This document shows positions 18,761 to 29,114 of a stretch of 38,457 nt of DNA, one piece after another. Position 1 is the stretch's first letter. The number at the start of each line of letters is the position of its first letter. The stretch is from the sequence record MZ375235.1; one strand, given 5' to 3'. Position numbers and translations under genes: made by a program. The notes under the pieces are model-generated. The model saw only the letters and a list, made by a program, of their open reading frames with translations, was not told where the DNA came from and ran no database searches. Source of the DNA: Escherichia phage T7.

Positions 18761-20370
18761 TGGCTGAGAAACGAACAGGACTTGCGGAGGATGGCGCAAA
18801 GTCTGTCTATGAGCGTTTAAAGAACGACCGTGCTCCCTATGAGACACGCGCTCAGAATTGCGCTCAATATACCATCCCATCATTGTTCCCTAAGGACTCC
18901 GATAACGCCTCTACAGATTATCAAACTCCGTGGCAAGCCGTGGGCGCTCGTGGTCTGAACAATCTAGCCTCTAAGCTCATGCTGGCTCTATTCCCTATGC
19001 AGACTTGGATGCGACTTACTATATCTGAATATGAAGCAAAGCAGTTACTGAGCGACCCCGATGGACTCGCTAAGGTCGATGAGGGCCTCTCGATGGTAGA
19101 GCGTATCATCATGAACTACATTGAGTCTAACAGTTACCGCGTGACTCTCTTTGAGGCTCTCAAACAGTTAGTCGTAGCTGGTAACGTCCTGCTGTACCTA
19201 CCGGAACCGGAAGGGTCAAACTATAATCCCATGAAGCTGTACCGATTGTCTTCTTATGTGGTCCAACGAGACGCATTCGGCAACGTTCTGCAAATGGTGA
19301 CTCGTGACCAGATAGCTTTTGGTGCTCTCCCTGAGGACATCCGTAAGGCTGTAGAAGGTCAAGGTGGTGAGAAGAAAGCTGATGAGACAATCGACGTGTA
19401 CACTCACATCTATCTGGATGAGGACTCAGGTGAATACCTCCGATACGAAGAGGTCGAGGGTATGGAAGTCCAAGGCTCCGATGGGACTTATCCTAAAGAG
19501 GCTTGCCCATACATCCCGATTCGGATGGTCAGACTAGATGGTGAATCCTACGGTCGTTCGTACATTGAGGAATACTTAGGTGACTTACGGTCCCTTGAAA
19601 ATCTCCAAGAGGCTATCGTCAAGATGTCCATGATTAGCTCTAAGGTTATCGGCTTAGTGAATCCTGCTGGTATCACCCAGCCACGCCGACTGACCAAAGC
19701 TCAGACTGGTGACTTCGTTACTGGTCGTCCAGAAGACATCTCGTTCCTCCAACTGGAGAAGCAAGCAGACTTTACTGTAGCTAAAGCCGTAAGTGACGCT
19801 ATCGAGGCTCGCCTTTCGTTTGCCTTTATGTTGAACTCTGCGGTTCAGCGTACAGGTGAACGTGTGACCGCCGAAGAGATTCGGTATGTAGCTTCTGAAC
19901 TTGAAGATACTTTAGGTGGTGTCTACTCTATCCTTTCTCAAGAATTACAATTGCCTCTGGTACGAGTGCTCTTGAAGCAACTACAAGCCACGCAACAGAT
20001 TCCTGAGTTACCTAAGGAAGCCGTAGAGCCAACCATTAGTACAGGTCTGGAAGCAATTGGTCGAGGACAAGACCTTGATAAGCTGGAGCGGTGTGTCACT
20101 GCGTGGGCTGCACTGGCACCTATGCGGGACGACCCTGATATTAACCTTGCGATGATTAAGTTACGTATTGCCAACGCTATCGGTATTGACACTTCTGGTA
20201 TTCTACTCACCGAAGAACAGAAGCAACAGAAGATGGCCCAACAGTCTATGCAAATGGGTATGGATAATGGTGCTGCTGCGCTGGCTCAAGGTATGGCTGC
20301 ACAAGCTACAGCTTCACCTGAGGCTATGGCTGCTGCCGCTGATTCCGTAGGTTTACAGCCGGGAATTTAA
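18760..20370 (+). CDS. 8: Head-to-tail connector (portal) protein gp8
   Basis: In ORF track frame 18745..20370; start MAEKRTGLAEDG at 18760; 536 aa. Confidence 0.97.
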   Translation: MAEKRTGLAEDGAKSVYERLKNDRAPYETRAQNCAQYTIPSLFPKDSDNASTDYQTPWQAVGARGLNNLASKLMLALFPMQTWMRLTISEYEAKQLLSDPDGLAKVDEGLSMVERIIMNYIESNSYRVTLFEALKQLVVAGNVLLYLPEPEGSNYNPMKLYRLSSYVVQRDAFGNVLQMVTRDQIAFGALPEDIRKAVEGQGGEKKADETIDVYTHIYLDEDSGEYLRYEEVEGMEVQGSDGTYPKEACPYIPIRMVRLDGESYGRSYIEEYLGDLRSLENLQEAIVKMSMISSKVIGLVNPAGITQPRRLTKAQTGDFVTGRPEDISFLQLEKQADFTVAKAVSDAIEARLSFAFMLNSAVQRTGERVTAEEIRYVASELEDTLGGVYSILSQELQLPLVRVLLKQLQATQQIPELPKEAVEPTISTGLEAIGRGQDLDKLERCVTAWAALAPMRDDPDINLAMIKLRIANAIGIDTSGILLTEEQKQQKMAQQSMQMGMDNGAAALAQGMAAQATASPEAMAAAADSVGLQPGI

Positions 20371-20390
20371 TACGACTCACTATAGGGAGA
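20368..20390 (+). promoter_or_regulatory. T7 RNAP class III promoter phi9
   Basis: Perfect consensus taatacgactcactatagggaga; +1 at 20385. Confidence 0.95.
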
Positions 20391-20469
20391 CCTCATCTTT
20401 GAAATGAGCGATGACAAGAGGTTGGAGTCCTCGGTCTTCCTGTAGTTCAACTTTAAGGAGACAATAATA

Positions 20470-21393
20470 ATGGCTGAATCTAATGCAGACGTATATGCAT
20501 CTTTTGGCGTGAACTCCGCTGTGATGTCTGGTGGTTCCGTTGAGGAACATGAGCAGAACATGCTGGCTCTTGATGTTGCTGCCCGTGATGGCGATGATGC
20601 AATCGAGTTAGCGTCAGACGAAGTGGAAACAGAACGTGACCTGTATGACAACTCTGACCCGTTCGGTCAAGAGGATGACGAAGGCCGCATTCAGGTTCGT
20701 ATCGGTGATGGCTCTGAGCCGACCGATGTGGACACTGGAGAAGAAGGCGTTGAGGGCACCGAAGGTTCCGAAGAGTTTACCCCACTGGGCGAGACTCCAG
20801 AAGAACTGGTAGCTGCCTCTGAGCAACTTGGTGAGCACGAAGAGGGCTTCCAAGAGATGATTAACATTGCTGCTGAGCGTGGCATGAGTGTCGAGACCAT
20901 TGAGGCTATCCAGCGTGAGTACGAGGAGAACGAAGAGTTGTCCGCCGAGTCCTACGCTAAGCTGGCTGAAATTGGCTACACGAAGGCTTTCATTGACTCG
21001 TATATCCGTGGTCAAGAAGCTCTGGTGGAGCAGTACGTAAACAGTGTCATTGAGTACGCTGGTGGTCGTGAACGTTTTGATGCACTGTATAACCACCTTG
21101 AGACGCACAACCCTGAGGCTGCACAGTCGCTGGATAATGCGTTGACCAATCGTGACTTAGCGACCGTTAAGGCTATCATCAACTTGGCTGGTGAGTCTCG
21201 CGCTAAGGCGTTCGGTCGTAAGCCAACTCGTAGTGTGACTAATCGTGCTATTCCGGCTAAACCTCAGGCTACCAAGCGTGAAGGCTTTGCGGACCGTAGC
21301 GAGATGATTAAAGCTATGAGTGACCCTCGGTATCGCACAGATGCCAACTATCGTCGTCAAGTCGAACAGAAAGTAATCGATTCGAACTTCTGA
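20470..21393 (+). CDS. 9: Capsid scaffolding (assembly) protein gp9
   Basis: ORF track 307 aa, highly acidic. Confidence 0.97.
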   Translation: MAESNADVYASFGVNSAVMSGGSVEEHEQNMLALDVAARDGDDAIELASDEVETERDLYDNSDPFGQEDDEGRIQVRIGDGSEPTDVDTGEEGVEGTEGSEEFTPLGETPEELVAASEQLGEHEEGFQEMINIAAERGMSVETIEAIQREYEENEELSAESYAKLAEIGYTKAFIDSYIRGQEALVEQYVNSVIEYAGGRERFDALYNHLETHNPEAAQSLDNALTNRDLATVKAIINLAGESRAKAFGRKPTRSVTNRAIPAKPQATKREGFADRSEMIKAMSDPRYRTDANYRRQVEQKVIDSNF

Positions 21394-21406
21394 TAGACTT
21401 CGAAAT

Positions 21407-21429
21407 TAATACGACTCACTATAGGGAGA
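21407..21429 (+). promoter_or_regulatory. T7 RNAP class III promoter phi10
   Basis: taatacgactcactatagggaga followed by the gene 10 leader and RBS aaggagatatacatATG; +1 at 21424. Confidence 0.97.
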
Positions 21430-21486
21430 CCACAACGGTTTCCCTCTAGAAATAATTTTGTTTAACTTTAAGAAGGAGATATACAT

Positions 21487-22524
21487 ATGGCTAGCATGAC
21501 TGGTGGACAGCAAATGGGTACTAACCAAGGTAAAGGTGTAGTTGCTGCTGGAGATAAACTGGCGTTGTTCTTGAAGGTATTTGGCGGTGAAGTCCTGACT
21601 GCGTTCGCTCGTACCTCCGTGACCACTTCTCGCCACATGGTACGTTCCATCTCCAGCGGTAAATCCGCTCAGTTCCCTGTTCTGGGTCGCACTCAGGCAG
21701 CGTATCTGGCTCCGGGCGAGAACCTCGACGATAAACGTAAGGACATCAAACACACCGAGAAGGTAATCACCATTGACGGTCTCCTGACGGCTGACGTTCT
21801 GATTTATGATATTGAGGACGCGATGAACCACTACGACGTTCGCTCTGAGTATACCTCTCAGTTGGGTGAATCTCTGGCGATGGCTGCGGATGGTGCGGTT
21901 CTGGCTGAGATTGCCGGTCTGTGTAACGTGGAAAGCAAATATAATGAGAACATCGAGGGCTTAGGTACTGCTACCGTAATTGAGACCACTCAGAACAAGG
22001 CCGCACTTACCGACCAAGTTGCGCTGGGTAAGGAGATTATTGCGGCTCTGACTAAGGCTCGTGCGGCTCTGACCAAGAACTATGTTCCGGCTGCTGACCG
22101 TGTGTTCTACTGTGACCCAGATAGCTACTCTGCGATTCTGGCAGCACTGATGCCGAACGCAGCAAACTACGCTGCTCTGATTGACCCTGAGAAGGGTTCT
22201 ATCCGCAACGTTATGGGCTTTGAGGTTGTAGAAGTTCCGCACCTCACCGCTGGTGGTGCTGGTACCGCTCGTGAGGGCACTACTGGTCAGAAGCACGTCT
22301 TCCCTGCCAATAAAGGTGAGGGTAATGTCAAGGTTGCTAAGGACAACGTTATCGGCCTGTTCATGCACCGCTCTGCGGTAGGTACTGTTAAGCTGCGTGA
22401 CTTGGCTCTGGAGCGCGCTCGCCGTGCTAACTTCCAAGCGGACCAGATTATCGCTAAGTACGCAATGGGCCACGGTGGTCTTCGCCCAGAAGCTGCTGGT
22501 GCAGTGGTTTTCAAAGTGGAGTAA
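21487..22524 (+). CDS. 10A: Major capsid protein gp10A
   Basis: ORF track 345 aa MASMTGGQQMGTNQGKGVVAAGDK... Confidence 0.99.
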   Translation: MASMTGGQQMGTNQGKGVVAAGDKLALFLKVFGGEVLTAFARTSVTTSRHMVRSISSGKSAQFPVLGRTQAAYLAPGENLDDKRKDIKHTEKVITIDGLLTADVLIYDIEDAMNHYDVRSEYTSQLGESLAMAADGAVLAEIAGLCNVESKYNENIEGLGTATVIETTQNKAALTDQVALGKEIIAALTKARAALTKNYVPAADRVFYCDPDSYSAILAALMPNAANYAALIDPEKGSIRNVMGFEVVEVPHLTAGGAGTAREGTTGQKHVFPANKGEGNVKVAKDNVIGLFMHRSAVGTVKLRDLALERARRANFQADQIIAKYAMGHGGLRPEAAGAVVFKVE

Positions 22525-22682
22525 TGCTGGGGGTGGCCTCAACGGTCGCTGCTAGTCCCGAAGAGGCGAGTGTTACTTCAACAGAAGAAACCTTAACGCC
22601 AGCACAGGAGGCCGCACGCACCCGCGCTGCTAACAAAGCCCGAAAGGAAGCTGAGTTGGCTGCTGCCACCGCTGAGCAATAA
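21487..22682 (+). CDS. 10B: Minor capsid protein gp10B, made by -1 ribosomal frameshift near the end of 10A
   Basis: Slippery ggttttc at 22506-22512; -1 frame stays open to taa at 22680-22682. Confidence 0.8.
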
Positions 22683-22685
22683 CTA

Positions 22686-22730
22686 GCATAACCCCTTGGG
22701 GCCTCTAAACGGGTCTTGAGGGGTTTTTTG
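22686..22730 (+). terminator. T7 RNAP terminator Tphi
   Basis: ctagcataaccccttggggcctctaaacgggtcttgaggggttttttg stem-loop plus U-run. Confidence 0.97.
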
Positions 22731-22747
22731 CTGAAAGGAGGAACTAT

Positions 22748-23338
22748 ATGCGCTCATACGATATGAACGTTGAGACTGCCGCTGAGTTATCAGCTGTGAA
22801 CGACATTCTGGCGTCTATCGGTGAACCTCCGGTATCAACGCTGGAAGGTGACGCTAACGCAGATGCAGCGAACGCTCGGCGTATTCTCAACAAGATTAAC
22901 CGACAGATTCAATCTCGTGGATGGACGTTCAACATTGAGGAAGGCATAACGCTACTACCTGATGTTTACTCCAACCTGATTGTATACAGTGACGACTATT
23001 TATCCCTAATGTCTACTTCCGGTCAATCCATCTACGTTAACCGAGGTGGCTATGTGTATGACCGAACGAGTCAATCAGACCGCTTTGACTCTGGTATTAC
23101 TGTGAACATTATTCGTCTCCGCGACTACGATGAGATGCCTGAGTGCTTCCGTTACTGGATTGTCACCAAGGCTTCCCGTCAGTTCAACAACCGATTCTTT
23201 GGGGAACCGGAAGTAGAGGGTGTACTCCAAGAAGAGGAAGATGAGGCTAGACGTCTCTGCATGGAGTATGAGATGGACTACGGTGGGTACAATATGCTGG
23301 ATGGAGATGCGTTCACTTCTGGTCTACTGACTCGCTAA
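22748..23338 (+). CDS. 11: Tail tubular protein A (gp11, gatekeeper/adaptor)
   Basis: ORF track 196 aa. Confidence 0.96.
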   Translation: MRSYDMNVETAAELSAVNDILASIGEPPVSTLEGDANADAANARRILNKINRQIQSRGWTFNIEEGITLLPDVYSNLIVYSDDYLSLMSTSGQSIYVNRGGYVYDRTSQSDRFDSGITVNIIRLRDYDEMPECFRYWIVTKASRQFNNRFFGEPEVEGVLQEEEDEARRLCMEYEMDYGGYNMLDGDAFTSGLLTR

Positions 23339-23361
23339 CATTAATAAATAAGGAGGCTCTA

Positions 23362-25746
23362 ATGGCACTCATTAGCCAATCAATCAAGAACTTGAAGGGT
23401 GGTATCAGCCAACAGCCTGACATCCTTCGTTATCCAGACCAAGGGTCACGCCAAGTTAACGGTTGGTCTTCGGAGACCGAGGGCCTCCAAAAGCGTCCAC
23501 CTCTTGTTTTCTTAAATACACTTGGAGACAACGGTGCGTTAGGTCAAGCTCCGTACATCCACCTGATTAACCGAGATGAGCACGAACAGTATTACGCTGT
23601 GTTCACTGGTAGCGGAATCCGAGTGTTCGACCTTTCTGGTAACGAGAAGCAAGTTAGGTATCCTAACGGTTCCAACTACATCAAGACCGCTAATCCACGT
23701 AACGACCTGCGAATGGTTACTGTAGCAGACTATACGTTCATCGTTAACCGTAACGTTGTTGCACAGAAGAACACAAAGTCTGTCAACTTACCGAATTACA
23801 ACCCTAATCAAGACGGATTGATTAACGTTCGTGGTGGTCAGTATGGTAGGGAACTAATTGTACACATTAACGGTAAAGACGTTGCGAAGTATAAGATACC
23901 AGATGGTAGTCAACCTGAACACGTAAACAATACGGATGCCCAATGGTTAGCTGAAGAGTTAGCCAAGCAGATGCGCACTAACTTGTCTGATTGGACTGTA
24001 AATGTAGGGCAAGGGTTCATCCATGTGACCGCACCTAGTGGTCAACAGATTGACTCCTTCACGACTAAAGATGGCTACGCAGACCAGTTGATTAACCCTG
24101 TGACCCACTACGCTCAGTCGTTCTCTAAGCTGCCACCTAATGCTCCTAACGGCTACATGGTGAAAATCGTAGGGGACGCCTCTAAGTCTGCCGACCAGTA
24201 TTACGTTCGGTATGACGCTGAGCGGAAAGTTTGGACTGAGACTTTAGGTTGGAACACTGAGGACCAAGTTCTATGGGAAACCATGCCACACGCTCTTGTG
24301 CGAGCCGCTGACGGTAATTTCGACTTCAAGTGGCTTGAGTGGTCTCCTAAGTCTTGTGGTGACGTTGACACCAACCCTTGGCCTTCTTTTGTTGGTTCAA
24401 GTATTAACGATGTGTTCTTCTTCCGTAACCGCTTAGGATTCCTTAGTGGGGAGAACATCATATTGAGTCGTACAGCCAAATACTTCAACTTCTACCCTGC
24501 GTCCATTGCGAACCTTAGTGATGACGACCCTATAGACGTAGCTGTGAGTACCAACCGAATAGCAATCCTTAAGTACGCCGTTCCGTTCTCAGAAGAGTTA
24601 CTCATCTGGTCCGATGAAGCACAATTCGTCCTGACTGCCTCGGGTACTCTCACATCTAAGTCGGTTGAGTTGAACCTAACGACCCAGTTTGACGTACAGG
24701 ACCGAGCGAGACCTTTTGGGATTGGGCGTAATGTCTACTTTGCTAGTCCGAGGTCCAGCTTCGCGTCCATCCACAGGTACTACGCTGTGCAGGATGTCAG
24801 TTCCGTTAAGAATGCTGAGGACATTACATCACACGTTCCTAACTACATCCCTAATGGTGTGTTCAGTATTTGCGGAAGTGGTACGGAAAACTTCTGTTCG
24901 GTACTATCTCACGGGGACCCTAGTAAAATCTTCATGTACAAATTCCTGTACCTGAACGAAGAGTTAAGGCAACAGTCGTGGTCTCATTGGGACTTTGGGG
25001 AAAACGTACAGGTTCTAGCTTGTCAGAGTATCAGCTCAGATATGTATGTGATTCTTCGCAATGAGTTCAATACGTTCCTAGCTAGAATCTCTTTCACTAA
25101 GAACGCCATTGACTTACAGGGAGAACCCTATCGTGCCTTTATGGACATGAAGATTCGATACACGATTCCTAGTGGAACATACAACGATGACACATTCACT
25201 ACCTCTATTCATATTCCAACAATTTATGGTGCAAACTTCGGGAGGGGCAAAATCACTGTATTGGAGCCTGATGGTAAGATAACCGTGTTTGAGCAACCTA
25301 CGGCTGGGTGGAATAGCGACCCTTGGCTGAGACTCAGCGGTAACTTGGAGGGACGCATGGTGTACATTGGGTTCAACATTAACTTCGTATATGAGTTCTC
25401 TAAGTTCCTCATCAAGCAGACTGCCGACGACGGGTCTACCTCCACGGAAGACATTGGGCGCTTACAGTTACGCCGAGCGTGGGTTAACTACGAGAACTCT
25501 GGTACGTTTGACATTTATGTTGAGAACCAATCGTCTAACTGGAAGTACACAATGGCTGGTGCCCGATTAGGCTCTAACACTCTGAGGGCTGGGAGACTGA
25601 ACTTAGGGACCGGACAATATCGATTCCCTGTGGTTGGTAACGCCAAGTTCAACACTGTATACATCTTGTCAGATGAGACTACCCCTCTGAACATCATTGG
25701 GTGTGGCTGGGAAGGTAACTACTTACGGAGAAGTTCCGGTATTTAA
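23362..25746 (+). CDS. 12: Tail tubular protein B (gp12, nozzle)
   Basis: ORF track 794 aa. Confidence 0.96.
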   Translation: MALISQSIKNLKGGISQQPDILRYPDQGSRQVNGWSSETEGLQKRPPLVFLNTLGDNGALGQAPYIHLINRDEHEQYYAVFTGSGIRVFDLSGNEKQVRYPNGSNYIKTANPRNDLRMVTVADYTFIVNRNVVAQKNTKSVNLPNYNPNQDGLINVRGGQYGRELIVHINGKDVAKYKIPDGSQPEHVNNTDAQWLAEELAKQMRTNLSDWTVNVGQGFIHVTAPSGQQIDSFTTKDGYADQLINPVTHYAQSFSKLPPNAPNGYMVKIVGDASKSADQYYVRYDAERKVWTETLGWNTEDQVLWETMPHALVRAADGNFDFKWLEWSPKSCGDVDTNPWPSFVGSSINDVFFFRNRLGFLSGENIILSRTAKYFNFYPASIANLSDDDPIDVAVSTNRIAILKYAVPFSEELLIWSDEAQFVLTASGTLTSKSVELNLTTQFDVQDRARPFGIGRNVYFASPRSSFASIHRYYAVQDVSSVKNAEDITSHVPNYIPNGVFSICGSGTENFCSVLSHGDPSKIFMYKFLYLNEELRQQSWSHWDFGENVQVLACQSISSDMYVILRNEFNTFLARISFTKNAIDLQGEPYRAFMDMKIRYTIPSGTYNDDTFTTSIHIPTIYGANFGRGKITVLEPDGKITVFEQPTAGWNSDPWLRLSGNLEGRMVYIGFNINFVYEFSKFLIKQTADDGSTSTEDIGRLQLRRAWVNYENSGTFDIYVENQSSNWKYTMAGARLGSNTLRAGRLNLGTGQYRFPVVGNAKFNTVYILSDETTPLNIIGCGWEGNYLRRSSGI

Positions 25747-25776
25747 TTAAATATTCTCCCTGTGGTGGCTCGAAAT

Positions 25777-25799
25777 TAATACGACTCACTATAGGGAGA
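25777..25799 (+). promoter_or_regulatory. T7 RNAP class III promoter phi13
   Basis: Perfect consensus taatacgactcactatagggaga; +1 at 25794. Confidence 0.95.
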
Positions 25800-25826
25800 A
25801 CAATACGACTACGGGAGGGTTTTCTT
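25795..25826 (+). promoter_or_regulatory. RNase III processing site R13 (approximate)
   Basis: Reference 27281 minus 1480. Confidence 0.35.
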
Positions 25827-26243
25827 ATGATGACTATAAGACCTACTAAAAGTACAGACTTTGAGGTATTCACTCCGGCTCACCATGACATTCTTGAAGC
25901 TAAGGCTGCTGGTATTGAGCCGAGTTTCCCTGATGCTTCCGAGTGTGTCACGTTGAGCCTCTATGGGTTCCCTCTAGCTATCGGTGGTAACTGCGGGGAC
26001 CAGTGCTGGTTCGTTACGAGCGACCAAGTGTGGCGACTTAGTGGAAAGGCTAAGCGAAAGTTCCGTAAGTTAATCATGGAGTATCGCGATAAGATGCTTG
26101 AGAAGTATGATACTCTTTGGAATTACGTATGGGTAGGCAATACGTCCCACATTCGTTTCCTCAAGACTATCGGTGCGGTATTCCATGAAGAGTACACACG
26201 AGATGGTCAATTTCAGTTATTTACAATCACGAAAGGAGGATAA
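25827..26243 (+). CDS. 13: gp13, internal virion / core-assembly protein
   Basis: ORF track 138 aa. Confidence 0.93.
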   Translation: MMTIRPTKSTDFEVFTPAHHDILEAKAAGIEPSFPDASECVTLSLYGFPLAIGGNCGDQCWFVTSDQVWRLSGKAKRKFRKLIMEYRDKMLEKYDTLWNYVWVGNTSHIRFLKTIGAVFHEEYTRDGQFQLFTITKGG

Positions 26244-26247
26244 CCAT

Positions 26248-26838
26248 ATGTGTTGGGCAGCCGCAATACCTATCGCTATATCTGGCGCTCAGGCTATCAG
26301 TGGTCAGAACGCTCAGGCCAAAATGATTGCCGCTCAGACCGCTGCTGGTCGTCGTCAAGCTATGGAAATCATGAGGCAGACGAACATCCAGAATGCTGAC
26401 CTATCGTTGCAAGCTCGAAGTAAACTTGAGGAAGCGTCCGCCGAGTTGACCTCACAGAACATGCAGAAGGTCCAAGCTATTGGGTCTATCCGAGCGGCTA
26501 TCGGAGAGAGTATGCTTGAAGGTTCCTCAATGGACCGCATTAAGCGAGTCACAGAAGGACAGTTCATTCGGGAAGCCAATATGGTAACTGAGAACTATCG
26601 CCGTGACTACCAAGCAATCTTCGCACAGCAACTTGGTGGTACTCAAAGTGCTGCAAGTCAGATTGACGAAATCTATAAGAGCGAACAGAAACAGAAGAGT
26701 AAGCTACAGATGGTTCTGGACCCACTGGCTATCATGGGGTCTTCCGCTGCGAGTGCTTACGCATCCGGTGCGTTCGACTCTAAGTCCACAACTAAGGCAC
26801 CTATTGTTGCCGCTAAAGGAACCAAGACGGGGAGGTAA
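26248..26838 (+). CDS. 14: Internal virion protein B (gp14)
   Basis: In ORF track frame 26173..26838; start MCWAAAIPIAISGAQ at 26248; 196 aa. Confidence 0.93.
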   Translation: MCWAAAIPIAISGAQAISGQNAQAKMIAAQTAAGRRQAMEIMRQTNIQNADLSLQARSKLEEASAELTSQNMQKVQAIGSIRAAIGESMLEGSSMDRIKRVTEGQFIREANMVTENYRRDYQAIFAQQLGGTQSAASQIDEIYKSEQKQKSKLQMVLDPLAIMGSSAASAYASGAFDSKSTTKAPIVAAKGTKTGR

Positions 26839-26844
26839 TGAGCT

Positions 26845-29088
26845 ATGAGTAAAATTGAATCTGCCCTTCAAGCGGCACAACCGGGACTCTCTCGGTTACG
26901 TGGTGGTGCTGGAGGTATGGGCTATCGTGCAGCAACCACTCAGGCCGAACAGCCAAGGTCAAGCCTATTGGACACCATTGGTCGGTTCGCTAAGGCTGGT
27001 GCCGATATGTATACCGCTAAGGAACAACGAGCACGAGACCTAGCTGATGAACGCTCTAACGAGATTATCCGTAAGCTGACCCCTGAGCAACGTCGAGAAG
27101 CTCTCAACAACGGGACCCTTCTGTATCAGGATGACCCATACGCTATGGAAGCACTCCGAGTCAAGACTGGTCGTAACGCTGCGTATCTTGTGGACGATGA
27201 CGTTATGCAGAAGATAAAAGAGGGTGTCTTCCGTACTCGCGAAGAGATGGAAGAGTATCGCCATAGTCGCCTTCAAGAGGGCGCTAAGGTATACGCTGAG
27301 CAGTTCGGCATCGACCCTGAGGACGTTGATTATCAGCGTGGTTTCAACGGGGACATTACCGAGCGTAACATCTCGCTGTATGGTGCGCATGATAACTTCT
27401 TGAGCCAGCAAGCTCAGAAGGGCGCTATCATGAACAGCCGAGTGGAACTCAACGGTGTCCTTCAAGACCCTGATATGCTGCGTCGTCCAGACTCTGCTGA
27501 CTTCTTTGAGAAGTATATCGACAACGGTCTGGTTACTGGCGCAATCCCATCTGATGCTCAAGCCACACAGCTTATAAGCCAAGCGTTCAGTGACGCTTCT
27601 AGCCGTGCTGGTGGTGCTGACTTCCTGATGCGAGTCGGTGACAAGAAGGTAACACTTAACGGAGCCACTACGACTTACCGAGAGTTGATTGGTGAGGAAC
27701 AGTGGAACGCTCTCATGGTCACAGCACAACGTTCTCAGTTTGAGACTGACGCGAAGCTGAACGAGCAGTATCGCTTGAAGATTAACTCTGCGCTGAACCA
27801 AGAGGACCCAAGGACAGCTTGGGAGATGCTTCAAGGTATCAAGGCTGAACTAGATAAGGTCCAACCTGATGAGCAGATGACACCACAACGTGAGTGGCTA
27901 ATCTCCGCACAGGAACAAGTTCAGAATCAGATGAACGCATGGACGAAAGCTCAGGCCAAGGCTCTGGACGATTCCATGAAGTCAATGAACAAACTTGACG
28001 TAATCGACAAGCAATTCCAGAAGCGAATCAACGGTGAGTGGGTCTCAACGGATTTTAAGGATATGCCAGTCAACGAGAACACTGGTGAGTTCAAGCATAG
28101 CGATATGGTTAACTACGCCAATAAGAAGCTCGCTGAGATTGACAGTATGGACATTCCAGACGGTGCCAAGGATGCTATGAAGTTGAAGTACCTTCAAGCG
28201 GACTCTAAGGACGGAGCATTCCGTACAGCCATCGGAACCATGGTCACTGACGCTGGTCAAGAGTGGTCTGCCGCTGTGATTAACGGTAAGTTACCAGAAC
28301 GAACCCCAGCTATGGATGCTCTGCGCAGAATCCGCAATGCTGACCCTCAGTTGATTGCTGCGCTATACCCAGACCAAGCTGAGCTATTCCTGACGATGGA
28401 CATGATGGACAAGCAGGGTATTGACCCTCAGGTTATTCTTGATGCCGACCGACTGACTGTTAAGCGGTCCAAAGAGCAACGCTTTGAGGATGATAAAGCA
28501 TTCGAGTCTGCACTGAATGCATCTAAGGCTCCTGAGATTGCCCGTATGCCAGCGTCACTGCGCGAATCTGCACGTAAGATTTATGACTCCGTTAAGTATC
28601 GCTCGGGGAACGAAAGCATGGCTATGGAGCAGATGACCAAGTTCCTTAAGGAATCTACCTACACGTTCACTGGTGATGATGTTGACGGTGATACCGTTGG
28701 TGTGATTCCTAAGAATATGATGCAGGTTAACTCTGACCCGAAATCATGGGAGCAAGGTCGGGATATTCTGGAGGAAGCACGTAAGGGAATCATTGCGAGC
28801 AACCCTTGGATAACCAATAAGCAACTGACCATGTATTCTCAAGGTGACTCCATTTACCTTATGGACACCACAGGTCAAGTCAGAGTCCGATACGACAAAG
28901 AGTTACTCTCGAAGGTCTGGAGTGAGAACCAGAAGAAACTCGAAGAGAAAGCTCGTGAGAAGGCTCTGGCTGATGTGAACAAGCGAGCACCTATAGTTGC
29001 CGCTACGAAGGCCCGTGAAGCTGCTGCTAAACGAGTCCGAGAGAAACGTAAACAGACTCCTAAGTTCATCTACGGACGTAAGGAGTAA
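26845..29088 (+). CDS. 15: Internal virion protein C (gp15)
   Basis: ORF track 747 aa. Confidence 0.96.
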   Translation: MSKIESALQAAQPGLSRLRGGAGGMGYRAATTQAEQPRSSLLDTIGRFAKAGADMYTAKEQRARDLADERSNEIIRKLTPEQRREALNNGTLLYQDDPYAMEALRVKTGRNAAYLVDDDVMQKIKEGVFRTREEMEEYRHSRLQEGAKVYAEQFGIDPEDVDYQRGFNGDITERNISLYGAHDNFLSQQAQKGAIMNSRVELNGVLQDPDMLRRPDSADFFEKYIDNGLVTGAIPSDAQATQLISQAFSDASSRAGGADFLMRVGDKKVTLNGATTTYRELIGEEQWNALMVTAQRSQFETDAKLNEQYRLKINSALNQEDPRTAWEMLQGIKAELDKVQPDEQMTPQREWLISAQEQVQNQMNAWTKAQAKALDDSMKSMNKLDVIDKQFQKRINGEWVSTDFKDMPVNENTGEFKHSDMVNYANKKLAEIDSMDIPDGAKDAMKLKYLQADSKDGAFRTAIGTMVTDAGQEWSAAVINGKLPERTPAMDALRRIRNADPQLIAALYPDQAELFLTMDMMDKQGIDPQVILDADRLTVKRSKEQRFEDDKAFESALNASKAPEIARMPASLRESARKIYDSVKYRSGNESMAMEQMTKFLKESTYTFTGDDVDGDTVGVIPKNMMQVNSDPKSWEQGRDILEEARKGIIASNPWITNKQLTMYSQGDSIYLMDTTGQVRVRYDKELLSKVWSENQKKLEEKAREKALADVNKRAPIVAATKAREAAAKRVREKRKQTPKFIYGRKE

Positions 29089-29114
29089 CTAAAGGCTACA
29101 TAAGGAGGCCCTAA

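Noticed and set aside
21404-21520. pET-vector-like cassette (T7 promoter, gene 10 leader, MASMTGGQQMG tag), suggesting plasmid contamination
   Set aside because: It continues seamlessly into the complete gene 10 and is flanked by genes 9 and 11; this is the native T7 locus from which the vector elements were derived.
27040-27834. Long minus-strand ORFs in the six-frame track (e.g. 27040-27834, 264 aa; also 21961-22542, 16057-16596, 13719-14252)
   Set aside because: They lie antisense to well-supported + strand T7 genes and have no promoters or RBSs. T7 is transcribed entirely left to right, so these are chance open frames.
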